Shown in pieces: positions 48,400 to 61,849 of a DNA stretch of 62,900 nt. The stretch lies in contig NC_068981.1 of NCBI RefSeq assembly GCF_001194135.2, positions 72,169,515 to 72,232,414 on the forward strand. The letters run 5' to 3'. The notes beneath the pieces were generated by a model that was not told the DNA's origin, did not search any database, and saw nothing but the letters and a program-made list of their open reading frames with translations. Both the position numbers and the translations under genes were made by a program. The DNA comes from Octopus bimaculoides. Its lineage: Eukaryota. Position 1 is the first letter of the stretch, and each line of letters starts with the position of its first letter.

Positions 48400-50300
48400 T
48401 TCTAACCATAAAAATATTAATCAATTAAATTGTCATCTAAAATGTAAAGAAAAATTAAGAACGAAAAAGAGGTCAAAAACTACAAAGACGATATTGTACA
48501 TCTTGATGACATTACTTTCTTAGCAATGAAATCATTGAGAGACAACAGAAGACTCTGCTGTATAAATGTGTCAATAGTAAGGGCAGAAAGTTGCAATATT
48601 CCATTTCAGCTCAGACGTAGACCTGCATGGAAAGCGTGTGGTCTGAAATGGAATCTGTAATAAAAAGAAGGCAACACAGGAGCTAGCGACAATCTGCCAT
48701 GTTGAACACGAGGCTCAACGATTGTCGAAAATCACATATTCGCCGCAAAAGTTTGTACTTATTTCACGTTATATGTGATGGATCGTCACCAAAGTCCGAG
48801 TGAGAAGTGTGTCATCCTACAGCAACGTGACCAGAGAGTTAGTAACGATACAATAGCAAAACGAGACCATTGGAATGAAGTCCACTCTAGTAAAGTGCTA
48901 CAGGATTAGCATGGAGTAAAAGATTCTGTTGTACCTCTAAATGTCCAAAACATCATTGAATTTTTTTCCCCGTGGCGAATGTTAAGAGATGTGAATGATG
49001 GTAGCAGGCTGGATCTCAAAATGCATCAAGAATGACTACATGAGAACCTGCATCAAGAATGACTACATGAGAAGTTTCTGCTGACGGAAGGGGAAAAAGG
49101 AGGGTTCTAGTTGTTGGTGACATCTGAAAACTTAACGGGCATCCCGGAATACTTTTAGTTCGAAGATTGCGAGCTAATATGAGTAGTAGTGGATGGGAGA
49201 AAGCCAATGTTACATATGTGGTAAAAAAGTATTACCTGAAGGCTTTCTGCCCTATGGGAGAGAAACGAGCATAGTAGCTCAGGCCATCTCAGCTACAATC
49301 ACCATAATTTCTACAAGATAGAAGCGGTTGTCATCACAAAAATAAACAAAAAAAAACTAAGGGCGCACGGGAGCAAACATCAACCGGGACAAGTCAAAAA
49401 ACTTGCAACTCAACTGAGGAAAGAAAAATCCATACTGGCCTGAGCCGATTTCTGTCACTAATCGAGGGCCCAGTTTGTGTGTCTCCATGTGGATAAAAAC
49501 TGGAAAAAGGTTGCGAGCTAGGTAGCTGCTTTTATTCGGCTCTTCGGAAATGAACAGAGAGAAAGTTATCCCTGAAATGTCGTGCTAGCTTACATTGTCT
49601 CGGCGGTGTACTACCGTCTAACCATCAGATATCGTTTCAAGAAACGTCTGACAAGATTGGCGAGTATACGTTTTCGCTTCTTATGGAAGGGATGGATTCT
49701 ACTGGTTAAGAAATCATCTGCTGTTAACGCCCTCTCCGTGGAAGTCCCAGGATGACGTCGCAGATGATGTGCAGGCGCGTACTGAGGCTAACAGACCTGC
49801 AGTAATATTCTGAGCATCTGCGATGGTGATGACAACGTTGAAAGCACAGATAACTAATTTGGGCACCCTTCTCCCGCAGCTTGTGTCTTGACTGAGTTAC
49901 GACCTTGGTTCAAGCTTAAACCGATGTATGGCATCTCCAATATTTTCAGGTGTTCAGTTCACAACACTCTACATTCTAGATAACGCATTTAGTGGCAAAA
50001 CAAGTCTTGCAATCATACAAAAATATGAGTGACTATAAACGGTAGACGGCTCTGGACGTCGACGAGAAGTGTTCAAGCAACTTTTTCAGATGAATTTCCA
50101 AGTCGGAGACTATGTCAAAATCTCTTCTTACTGGCTAAGGCAAGAGAGTACTGTTTTTGAATGTGTCTGAAAGATTTGAAGTCATGTATTTTTCTCTCTA
50201 AGTTCTCAACAATTTCTTTCAGTACAATTTGAAGATGAATGTGAGGGTAGAAAGGGAGGTACAACCTTCTAGTGTGTGAACGGAAGGTGAATGAGGGTGG
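48400..50300 (-). mobile_element. Highly degraded L1/Tx1-like ORF2
   Basis: TKSIPGCPLS remnant of the RQGCPLSP motif near 49150; the rest is inferred from composition. Confidence 0.4.
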
Positions 50301-50623
50301 CAAGACTAGCGAGGCTGAAGGAGCATTTACTGAGTATGCTTTTCCAAGTAGACGGGAAGAAAGAGGAAGAGTTTTGTGGGGTTTTCGCCTGAATTATCCT
50401 AGCTACCTTCCTCGTTGTTGGGGAATTTCTCTTGTGATTACTGTCAACATTTTATTAATTCTATATAAATCCCGACTTCACTTTTTGTGTATTAGTTTGT
50501 CGTCCTTTTCTGGTTTTTGAATGATAAAAGAAACCACCTTTATTGCCATCGTCATCATCGTTAATCGTATTAAATATTTTCAATCAAGTCTCTAGTGCCT
50601 TACCAGGTGAATATCCGTGTTCC

Positions 50624-50654
<31 letters not shown>

Positions 50655-50899
50655 GTGTACATTTTGCTTCGTGGTGGAAATTTGCTTTGTTATTTCAAAT
50701 GTTATTTAGTGTATCAACAGCTGTGCGGGGTATGCGCTATGTGAATTTCTCTATTTTCTCAGGTGGTGTTTGTGTTTCGTATATGCTCTGTAATTAGTAC
50801 TATGTGTCAGACGGTCATTGAGTAGAGTATGTGCTGTTTGATTTGTGCTATATTAATGATTGTAAACTCTGTATGATGAAAACTGAGTTTTATAGAATC

Positions 50900-52000
50900 A
50901 GATATAGATTATGTAAGCGTATGTGTTAGACGATGCATGGGGTGTATTGATTGAGTTGTGATATTGAATTGAGCGTGTATCGCGCAGGATGTAGTTCGTA
51001 TCTTAGCAGAGCGTTAATTTCTGACCTTGATCCGATGTGAGCTCTTGTGTAGTTTGTATGTTTTCTTATTGTACTAAGTGCGATAATTATTATTGGCAAT
51101 GTTTTAACTGTTATGTTTCTCATATTACTTATATCAGTGTGAAGACCCTTGTATTCGACATTAACTTCACCCCATTTCGTGCAACGTTTTGATCAAAAAG
51201 GATCGAAATATCGATAAAAGTACATACATTTCCATTCCAGTCATTGATTTTTATATCTGGATGGTTGCTTTGATCGCCTGGTCCGTTAGAGTTGGCCAGG
51301 TCATTGCCACGTACGATATTTGGTACATACTAATACCATTTCATATTCAGTTTTACATCGAAGTGTCGGCATGCTGCTCAGTGAATATAATTATAGACTC
51401 GGTCGGGTCTGTGAATATACTCGGACAAGACAAAACTCAGCAACCGGAAATGATGTGATCAATTGTCGAACTGTACTGATTGCACACTTTACACTTGATT
51501 TTTAGCATCTTCTTGAATTACTTATTTTGTTATTATTTCTAACTAGATACTAATTCTGCTTCTCCTAGTGGGTTCTTTTTATACTTGATTGGAATTTATA
51601 TTGCTTTTATCCCTCGCAGTCATTTAGGCGTTGATTTTTACCTGCTTACTACATCATTGAATATCATTACTATATACGCTTGGTGTTTTAGCCAAAAATT
51701 TGTGATCGTATCGTCCCAAGAGATTTTCTCTTGCTTGCAGTTCGTAATATGTTAGTGAATTCATTTCTGGTAACTGTTGCTCTTACTCGCAGGTCCTTTT
51801 TATCCTCCAGATTTATTGTGTTTTTGTTTTATTGTTGATATTTTTGGTCCTTGCATGCTAATCCCCTGTGTGGGGCTTGAATTTCCTTTGATGTTTAGGT
51901 TTTCTCTAGTGTTAAGTCTTTTTCGTGAATGTTCCTGCAAAATCCTTTGGTATTTATTTAATCTAAATACTTTGTTCTCCTCTAAGAAGCGCTCACGTTT
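50900..52000 (-). mobile_element. Old R4/Dong zinc-knuckle/RLE remnant
   Basis: Manual translation KCKVCNQYSSTIDHIISGC...EYIHRPDRV...WY...NHPDI...FIDISI. Confidence 0.75.
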
Positions 52001-52160
52001 TCAGAAGCGTCTTATATAGCATTTATCTTTTGTGATTTCTTTAAGCTTTTCTTTTGATTTCAAAATATTTTCGTTTTATTCACATTTTTTAAAATTATTA
52101 TTTGGTTTCTTTTTCTTTCGTTTCATATCATATCCCACCTCATTCTCAATTTTGTGTAGT

Positions 52161-52371
52161 TCAAATTTTGGCACAAGGCCAGCAATTTCGGAGGAAGGAG
52201 TTAATCGATTCCATCGACCTCAGTGTTCAACTGGTAGTTATTTTACCGACCCCGAAAGGATGAAAGGCGCAGTCGACCTTGGCGGAATTTGAACTCAGAA
52301 ACGTAAAGACGGACGAAATGCCGCTAAACATATCACCCGACGTGCTAACGATTCTGCCAGCTCACCGCCTT
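52161..52371 (-). mobile_element. SINE family A, complete copy
   Basis: All blocks present. Confidence 0.93.
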
Positions 52372-52430
52372 AATTATTAGTAATACTGAATAAATTAGAT
52401 TATTTAGTGTCTTAAAATTCGGTTTCTGCA

Positions 52431-52649
52431 AAGCAGCGAGCTGGTAGATTCATTAGCACGCCGGGCAAACCAATTAGCAACATTTCATTCGTCTTTACGT
52501 TCTGAGTTCAAATTCCGTGGAGGTTGACTTTACATTTCATCCTTTCGGGGTCGATGAAATAAATACCATTTGAACTCTGGGATTCGAAGTAATCGACTTA
52601 CCTCTCCCCCCAAATTTCTGATCTTGTGCCAAAAGTTGAAATCAATATT
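52431..52649 (+). mobile_element. SINE family A, complete copy, inverted relative to the 52161 copy
   Basis: All blocks present. Confidence 0.9.
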
Positions 52650-53079
52650 CCGTTTCTGTGGGCACAATATCTTGCGTCCCCTGTTACACACATACGCACG
52701 CACACATCCGTCCGTCTGTCTGTATGTCTGTATGTGTGTAAAAACAGACCTATAAATATATATATATATATATGTCATTATTACTATTATTATGATATAA
52801 TAAAACGAATGGTTTATAGCTGATAGCTTACTGGTAAAGCATGTTCACTTTCAGTGTTCAACGTGTGTTTGGTTCATGAGAGACGGAAGATGAAAGACAC
52901 GCGAATTTTTATTAACCACTACAACCTACGCGAGGGTGTTTATACATCCATACTCGTTGACGGTTATATTTAATACTTTTTTCGCTGTATTGCCAGTTCA
53001 TTTCTTTTTTGCATCTGTTGTATTTTATTATTGATCTTCTATAAAATTGAAGCTATATCCTTTAATTTGCTGCTTTTCT

Positions 53080-53269
53080 TTACACGGACTGAGAAGATAC
53101 CTTACGGAACTGTTATTTTAACGAGTTATATTTATTTATCACCCAAAGAGACACATCTACATCGTTGGATGCTCTTCAACCAGTTGTGAGGGATCGATGC
53201 TAGATGGGTCGAAACAGTTGTAGTGATTAATAAAAATGCTCGTATCTTCCGTCTCCCGTCTCTCGTTAA

Positions 53270-53272
<3 letters not shown>
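53080..53272 (+). mobile_element. Possible Penelope-like terminal repeat fragment
   Basis: TGAG-stem-CGAAACAGTTGTA followed by ATTAATAAA resembles a decayed minimal hammerhead plus polyadenylation region. Confidence 0.3.
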
Positions 53273-53302
<30 letters not shown>

Positions 53303-53716
53303 NNNNNNNNNNNNNNNNNNNNNNNNNNNNNNNNNNNNNNNNNNNNNNNNNNNNNNNNNNNNNNNNNNNNNNNNNNNNNNNNNNNNNNNNNNNNNNNNNN
53401 NNNNNNNNNNNNNNNNNNNNNNNNNNNNNNNNNNNNNNNNNNNNNNNNNNNNNNNNNNNNNNNNNNNNNNNNNNNNNNNNNNNNNNNNNNNNNNNNNNNN
53501 NNNNNNNNNNNNNNNNNNNNNNNNNNNNNNNNNNNNNNNNNNNNNNNNNNNNNNNNNNNNNNNNNNNNNNNNNNNNNNNNNNNNNNNNNNNNNNNNNNNN
53601 NNNNNNNNNNNNNNNNNNNNNNNNNNNNNNNNNNNNNNNNNNNNNNNNNNNNNNNNNNNNNNNNNNNNNNNNNNNNNNNNNNNNNNNNNNNNNNNNNNNN
53701 NNNNNNNNNNNNNNNN

Positions 53717-53766
<50 letters not shown>

Positions 53767-53787
53767 GGTGTGTGTGTGTGTGTGTAT

Positions 53788-53980
53788 GTGTTTGTCCCCC
53801 CACTAACGCTTGACAGCCGATGGTGGTGTGTTTACGTTCCCGTAACTTAGCGATTCGGCAAAAAGAGACCGATAGAATAAGTACTAGGCTTACAAAGAAT
53901 AAGTCCTGGGGTCGAGTTTCTCGACTAAAGGCGGTGCTCCAGCATGGCCGCAGTCAAATGACTGAAACAAGTAAAAGAAT
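53788..53980 (+). mobile_element. SINE family B, 3' half
   Basis: GCTTGACAGCCGATGG...GACCGATAGAATAAGTAC...CCAGCATGGCCGCAGTC...GAAACAAGTAAAAGAAT. Confidence 0.92.
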
Positions 53981-53999
53981 AGTTTGTGATATGACTACC

Positions 54000-56480
54000 T
54001 CAATATGAACTACGTTTGATCTGTCGCTATGTGAATCTTTGTTCGGTTTGATTTTAAGTGTGGGCGTCAAGACTATAACATTTTAGTATTTGTTTGTATG
54101 TTTCTGTGGAAGTTTCGAGGAACTGCGTTATAATTTTTTAAATTTTAGTTCTTTTTGTACGTCTCTTTGTGACTTGCTGCAATACCTTATCTACTTTTGT
54201 TTTGTTTGGTAGCTTCTGTTATGTTTTCATTGTGTTTAAAAGGTTCATTTATTGTATTTGTCGTATCTTTTGTGGAGTTTTATATGATTTGTTTACGATA
54301 GATTCTGCAATGAAGCTTTCATTGTTTTCGGTAGATAATCTTTTTTTATGTGTGGTCAGTTACTTTTTTATTTTCACAGTGCATTTTTTTCTATGAGCTG
54401 TTCTATTTCAAGTTTTGGCCTCATGTTATTGCTTATTATAAATCTATGTACATTCGCTAATGTGTTTGCATTGATACCTCTTCTGTCTTTTCTCTATATC
54501 TCACACGTCTCTTTTGAAGCAACAGATTTGTTAGAGTGACGGATAAATGTCTTATTGCATTTATTTATTCCTCTTTATGTTCTGTATTCACACACCACCG
54601 AGGTCGATTCATCTTTCATCCTTCTATGATCATTAAAATAAAGTAACGCTCAAGAAATGGGATCTATCTAATCGACTGTATCCTATGCACAAATTTATGA
54701 CTTTAAGTTTCAATCTGTAATAATTCTTTCTGTTATAGGCGCAAGGCCTGAAATTTTGGGAGCAGTGGCTAGTCGATTAACTCGGCCCCAGTGCTCAACT
54801 GATACTTATTCTATCAGTCTCGAAGGATGAAAGACAAAGTCGACCTTGGTGGAATTTAAGCTCAGAACTTAAAGACGAGCGAAATACCGCTAAGGATTCT
54901 GACCGGCGTGCTAACGATTCTGCCAGCTCACCGCCTTAGCTTTTTGTGTGTTATAATTATTATTATTAAGGCGACAAAATGACGGAATCAGTGATGTACT
55001 GGGCTAACTGTTATGTTATTTTGTGTTCCGAATTCAAATCGTGCGTGAAATGACTGCACATTTTATCCGTATCAGATCACTTTAATCGGTTATATTCCTT
55101 ACATCCAATTATTTAACTTCATGCAGAAGCTAGCAATCAGAATACTTTTGTTGGAACTGTTTTATTTTTCGTTGTCTACCGGTGATTTGTGGTGCTCTGT
55201 GGATAGATGTTCGCGTACACCAACACCGAAGAATGGCTCTATTGAATTTAGTTGCATCAAAGATGTATTAAGTAGATCTGTTTATATTTGTCTATAGTAC
55301 AACTTAGGATTAGATGGGCAATGAGAGATTTTCAAGTTGTTATTTAACCGTGATCCATAAAAACTATGCACTACTGATATAAGTAAGATTTTGGTAGTGG
55401 CAGGATACCATTCCTGACACACTTTCCTTTCGAGTTCTAGCATTTACGCCTTTCATTCTTGTTTTGTGCAAGCTTGCTGCTTGAAGTTATACAAATATCT
55501 ACATCTACAAGTTGGCATATTTTGTGTGTCGTGTCCTAAACAACAATATATAGTAAATTTTCAAAAATGGTTTTATAAATGTCGAAGCATATAACTCAGA
55601 AGGATGCAACCATAGTTTAACTCTTTTTCGTTTGTAATTGAGCGAAGTAGTTTCACTGATTTGGTTAATTATGTACTTGCATAATGTTTTGACATACTGT
55701 TAGTCTTGGACAATCTGCTGATAATGTGACTTGGTCTTGTGTTCCTATTCTCAGCTTTATCTGAACGCTAAGCCCATACTCCCTGTCTACGGACTTTAAT
55801 AGCTTCTCACATGTATCTTGCTATTCGGATGAAATGCGTAGACTTTTTTTTATTGGCAGAAGATTTATTGCTTTATTCAGTTTGATATTATCTTTTAATT
55901 GATCTGGTTGAAGAGAAGCAGAGAATGTTTGAAGATTTTTCTCAACGAGTGAGAAGGTAGGACATTTAAGAACTTATTGAAACTTTAAAATGTATTTATG
56001 TAGTCACAAACCGACTTCACTCTTAATAATTACAGTTAGTTGGTGTTTAGTTTTAGCTGTTTTGTGTAGATGATGCTTCTTTTCTCTAAGTGTTCAGACA
56101 TTTTCATGTTCTATTATTTATTTCAATAGTTTTAATCTTGCGCCTCGTCGAAGCTACAGCTTCGGAAACTGTTAATTACTTATATTCGCCGAGCATAATT
56201 TTGGGAAATATTTTTCAGCCTAACATTTTTATTATCTCATTTTAGTTTTGTTTCCTTTATATTTGTTGAATAATTATTTCTTCTCCACAACCACAACGGT
56301 TATTTAGAGATATTTTTTTACACTTGGTTAAGTGTAGAGACATTACAAATGTGTGTATTGTGCCACTCCTATGGTGTGTCTCTGCATTGGTTTTGCATAC
56401 ATTTCCCCAGGCCGTCTTTCAGGTCTATATTCTGGTTGAATTGTAGTATGCAAAGATTTTTATGTTCTTGTTTGAGCCTA
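54000..56480 (-). mobile_element. Possible very old N-terminal half of an R4/Dong element, interrupted by SINEs
   Basis: Only weak resemblance in translated fragments; same strand as the 50900-52000 remnant. Confidence 0.25.
54725..54937 (-). mobile_element. SINE family A, complete copy
   Basis: All blocks present. Confidence 0.92.
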
Positions 56481-56944
56481 TCGTATCATTTCAAGTAGAT
56501 GACTATTGTGACAGGCACTATTGTTGATATTATATCCTGTTCTAAGTATTCAATAAGAAAAGAGAAAGGGTGAGAATGAGTCACGTTGGAATATGCATGT
56601 AGATAGATTTCTGACCAGGATATGTGAATGTGTATGTATTTATGTATGTATATATGCATACATGTGTGTGTGTGTATGTGTGTAAGTATGTCTTTATGTA
56701 TACATATATAAGTGTGTATGTAATATACTAATGACACTGTTATTATTTTCTATTGAATTTTCTTAAATTAAAGTCAGTATTAACACAATAGTTGCATGTA
56801 TTTATTTTTTTCCTGGTGTCTGTTTCATCGTTCCGTGTAATTAAATTTCTTAGATGAAGTTGTCAGCGCGCTTCAACAAGCGTAGTGTTATGCTATATCT
56901 CACTTTGGGATAGGAAAGAAAATATCGATTTCTGACGAAGGCAC

Positions 56945-56990
<46 letters not shown>

Positions 56991-57669
56991 AGCCCAATAC
57001 TTGACTACTAAAAGCTTTGTATCACCAATAAACTAAATTACAAAGTTGATCTTGGTGGTATTTGAATTTAAAACAGTTATGCAACTAAATACATACGAAT
57101 TTGTTTGGCATTGCACTGTACGAGTTCTGAAAGCCAAGAAAGCCCACTTCTAGAAACTACAATGAACTTGTATTGTTCTAATAAATATCATTGCCCTCAG
57201 TCCTTTTGTGATTCCTGGCCTATGGTTACATGATCAGAGTCAGTCTATCCACCCAATGACATGCACTACTCATGTTCACCTCACAGTACAGTTTCTGAAA
57301 AGAAGCACACGTCCTTACCCAGCTCCAAGTTCCCCTTTAAGTGAATGAACGTTTGATTTAAATGAATTAACGTTTGACCCGAGAGGAAAGACTCTTCTCA
57401 GTTACGCTAATCATGCTAACCACACTACCTTTTCCCCCATAACTATCAGACAAAGGTAAATTACATGCCTTTCTTTCCAGAGGTAGATTTTCAAGAAGGA
57501 ATCCTCAGACAAGTGTCATAACCCACAAGTAGGTGATGTTTGGAGTCTGAACAAGTGTGTGGAGTCATCAGAAATACAATGCGCTAGTAATGGAACCGTT
57601 GGAAACCAACAACGTTGTTGTTTACAAAAATACAGCATTTAAAATAAAATAATACTCATTACGACATAT

Positions 57670-59200
57670 TACATTAGATGAAAGTTGTCCAAAATAGATC
57701 TTTCTGGAAGTATACAGGTATGTGTGGCACTAACGATGCTACAGAGGACAGCAAGACCAAATTATTTGCAAGGTCATTGGCTAAAATACTTATCTCTACC
57801 TTTAGCAGTTATACGCCCGGAAGTTTAAAGGACACCCTCTTCCCCACCTCCTTTTTCAACAAAGGGTCACATGCTAAAAATACTCCCAGTCTGTTGAGAA
57901 GACAGTAACAATCACGTATGGCATTTAACTCCAAATCTCATAAAACAAACCATCCTTAACATCATGATTTGCCGATCGTATGGTCAAGTACTTCCCGTAT
58001 TTCAGATGCCGTTATAGAATTTTTCGTAAATCTTCACTGCCTCAAGTGGGAGTTGCAGCAAGCCAGTGAAGTTAGTACTGGACCCTACAATTCATCCATA
58101 ATAGTCGGGAAAACCGCAGACATCTATTTTGTTGATCATCATCCATCAAAATTCTGTTGTCTCTTGGCTCCCATTCCACTTGTGCCCATCGACCAGCTTT
58201 CATTCTCTTATATCTAGTTATGTAAACGCCGAATTGAATAGCGAAATATTTGTGTTTCGAGTTCAGGATATAGTCGAGAGATAGTAGCGCTTTGAGCACG
58301 TTGGAAATTATGCCTCTCAAATAGCCTATTCTAATCTGCCTACATGATCTCCTTTCAATGTATTTTTCTCGGTCGTTACGTCCTTTATAAACTCTTTCGA
58401 TTGTTTCCGCTGGCATTGTGGCAATGTTGTTGACAACAAGACGGCCCCTTTCTATTTGTTTCTTTTCCCTTTTGGTAATTAGTGAATGATATGTAAAGTA
58501 CTTTTTGCTTCCCACCACACTACACGTTGTGGTACAAGGAATAACTTTTTCTATTTATGTAAATTTCTGTACTGGCAACGGCATGTTCAGCTTTCAGTAA
58601 TTAGAAGTTAGTATATCAGTTGACTGTGTATAATTACACAGTATTATCCAACAATCCGAAAGTGGGAATCATACGCTATCTCTTTCAGCTAATCCAGATA
58701 TAATCACTCTGAATACAATTTAGATGACACAATGCAGTTTCGGCAAGTTCGCATTGACACTTCCTGGATCCAGATAATGCCTCTTAGATTGTTATTGCCC
58801 GAACAGACTTGCAAGACTTCTGTAACCATATCCTATCGTTTACTTCCACAGGATCCCAGCTTCTATCTAAAATGTCACTCCAGTCATCCACTAAGGCTCA
58901 TTAGAAAGATGTTTGGAGAAATATTCCCAAATGTATGAAGAATATTGGCCACCCAGCCTTAGTCGAAACATACAAGACCATAATATTACGATATGATCTT
59001 CCCTTTTGTTTATGTTTAAAACCACCAACCAACGAAATGGGCCCTGGAATATCGTCTTTATATCAAAATTCATGTCTGTCCGGAACAATATTATCATCGA
59101 TATCGGACAGATTGAAGAGTAAACGTTTTAGTCAATTAGAAAAATGCATGCGTCCTAAAATCCTAGCCTCGTTACTGCCTTGAGTAAATCTTAAATCTTC
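57670..59200 (-). mobile_element. Degraded L1/Tx1-like ORF2 (APE through early RT)
   Basis: APE remnant DWSDILD near 58880; RT remnants GKSxxxDGLFYE, NFRxITLLKVEISILA and TCILPERSILDNFHL. Confidence 0.7.
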
Positions 59201-59889
59201 TAACAAGTGTCTTACTGCTTAACCGAGCCCAAGCCACGTGTAAATAGACCTACCTCTTAGCATTGATATGCTGGGCAAAGAAAAAGTGCGAGTGGCCACT
59301 TAGTTTTTCTTTTTTTTTTTCTATTAGAACGAGTAATCAAGCATTTTAGGCGTCATCGCGGAAAATAGCAAAATTAGAATTAACAAGAACAGCTACAAAC
59401 TCTCCTGAATATCACTGGCGTCTGCAAGGACAACAACAAGTTAATGGATTATATGAAGCATCGATAGAGGACAGATTGAAACTCCTGAAAAGGCTCCATA
59501 AAAATCTCCGGTGAGAATCACACTAGAAATATGTAGAACAACGAGAAAAGTTTCTACATGAACGTTATTCATTTCCTTTAGCTTTATTGTAGTTTTATAT
59601 GATTCATCGACACTGTTTTTTTTTGACGCTAGTAAAATCGAGGAGTGTCTGTTGATATTGTTGCTGTTATTGTTATTTTTGTTTAACCATTATTATTAGT
59701 ATTGTTGTTGTTGAAGCTGTTTGTTCTTCTTTTCTTTTGTTGCTATCTGACTTTTTTTTTAGTATTGTTGATATTACCAATGCTGTTGTTTTCATCGTGG
59801 AAGGTGTTTAATTGGCTGATCCTTTTGCCTCTCATCTTCCTTTTCTATGATGTTCAACACAAACTTTCGAATTTTGAGGATTGGACATC

Positions 59890-60480
59890 CCTCCCATCAC
59901 ATTGAATTCCTCTGAAAATATGTTATCACTTAATAAGTAGGTGGTAGGCAGAGATACGTTTATTTATTGGGAGCGAGATTCGGAGGAAAGGTCTCTGTCT
60001 ACTGTCTTTGAAGGCTCTTCAAAACAGCTAATGTTCTTTTTAAAAAGCTCTAAGTTGAAAACTTCAGGGAAAACATGAGCAGAGAAGAAATTCCAAAAGT
60101 CCGACGTTCTAGTGAGGAAGGACTAGATGTAGTGATTAGGGAGATTGAGAAATAGAGGAGGAGAGTGAGTCGTGAGTGCTTGAGTGGGAGAGGCACAGGA
60201 TCAACCAGATCTAAGGTGAAGAGACCATTGTAGTAGCAGTAGAAAAGGCAGAGTGAGGTAACATCACCTGTGGGCCAGAGGTTGGTGTCTGTTAGTGAAC
60301 GACTTTAGGTCAATCAGTCAGTTGTTTTATTTTTATATACAATCTGTGCACTTTTAGTACCGTTCCAAACGTGAGAGTTGAACTCCATTGTGGTTCTCAC
60401 TCGAGTTTTGTAACAACTCAATAGTTGTGAGCTGAAGTAATTTTTAACCCAGAAGACGAAGATCAGTCTTTGTGGTACAG
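59890..60480 (-). mobile_element. CR1-group LINE, 3' fragment
   Basis: LLSCYKTRVRTTMEFNSHVWNG, SLCLFYCYYNG and VFPxxFNLELFKKNI match the post-RT region of CR1/L2-group elements. Confidence 0.7.
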
Positions 60481-61849
60481 TTTCTGTTATGATTAAAATA
60501 TACATTCGCTTCAGTGTTGCTGTGGACTAGCCTTTGTGGTGAGTATGAGGGTTGTAACTGGATAGTATACAATATTTGTTTTGGCTATGCTCAATGATTA
60601 TGTATTTGTGCTATTGCATAAAACAGTATTGGCATAACTCCAATGGAGAAGGTTTTCAAGGTTTCTTTTCATGGAATTACTGTAGGTTTCGTGTGATAAT
60701 ATTAACTGGGGTTGGAGATGACGCTGCTGTTGTCGCTGGTATGAGACTGCTTCCTTTCGTTAATTGGTGAATGATATGTGAAGCACCTTGTGCTTCCTAC
60801 CGCAGGAACATTTTTTTCTATCTGGAGATGGCCAGGGAATTTTTTGAGGTTCTAACATGTTATCACAAGCCGGAATATACTATATAAAGTAAAGTAATGT
60901 AATCTATTTGTTGTGATCTGTTCCATCACGGAATAGACGCGCAGAGCTTGCGCGTGACAGAATCGAATGAAGACTCTGTAGTGTTTTGATGCAGACTGGC
61001 TCTTATAATTAAACCAATGAAGTCACCTACTTCAATGCCTTATTCCAGTGCGCCAAATACATCAGTAAATTTATCTTGATATTCTTTGTTCTCATAGCAA
61101 TTCATTTAAATATCACTAAACACTATTCAACTATTCGTACAGTAAATACGTCATATTTCATTATAAATCTAATTAAATTCGAAATATAGTTCATAGTTTG
61201 ATACTTGTATGCGTGTGTGTATATTTCACGATCTTCGCTAAACACTACTTGGCAGTGTCAACCAGAATGAAACCAAAACCATTGGGGAATGTGCAAAAAT
61301 AACTTGGTTATACCGAGTGACCAAAACGAATGAATAAAAAAGTGTCTAAAAGTAGGTTATTATAGATAAGGCTATTATTATAGATTACTGCTTTCACCTC
61401 TCAACACCCTCGTTTAGTTAATGTATAGCTGAAAATTTTTAAAAAATTCAAAAAGTAGACAAGAATATGATTATTTATTTGATAGTTTTTGGAAAAGAAA
61501 TTTATGGAAAGAAATGTATGTCTATCCTGTCAAGAGGTAAATACATGTTACAAGATGTAATGACAGTCACGATGCATTTCGAAAAGATGCTATCTTCCTC
61601 ATTTTTACGTCGCTGTTTTCCATTAGCTATCTCTACACGTTCTTTTAAAACGAAATCGTATTTTTTTCGAAAAAAAAAACATAAATAAATAAAATGTATG
61701 GGAAGCGGTATACAAAATAACTATTTTGAAATATTTCTTATTCGCTTCAATCATTCAGGATAGCCAAATTATGTTATACATTTCCTACTACTATTGATTT
61801 CATAATTAACATCACTTTCTTCCAACTTTATTATATAGCTGCTCGAGCA

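Noticed and set aside
49022-49073. Perfect 25-bp direct repeat separated by 2 nt
   Set aside because: Ordinary slippage duplication inside a dead LINE
51351-51505. Plus-strand exon-like segment (VLHRSVGMLLSEYNYRLGRVCEY) with a good acceptor
   Set aside because: It is the antisense strand of a Dong RLE remnant
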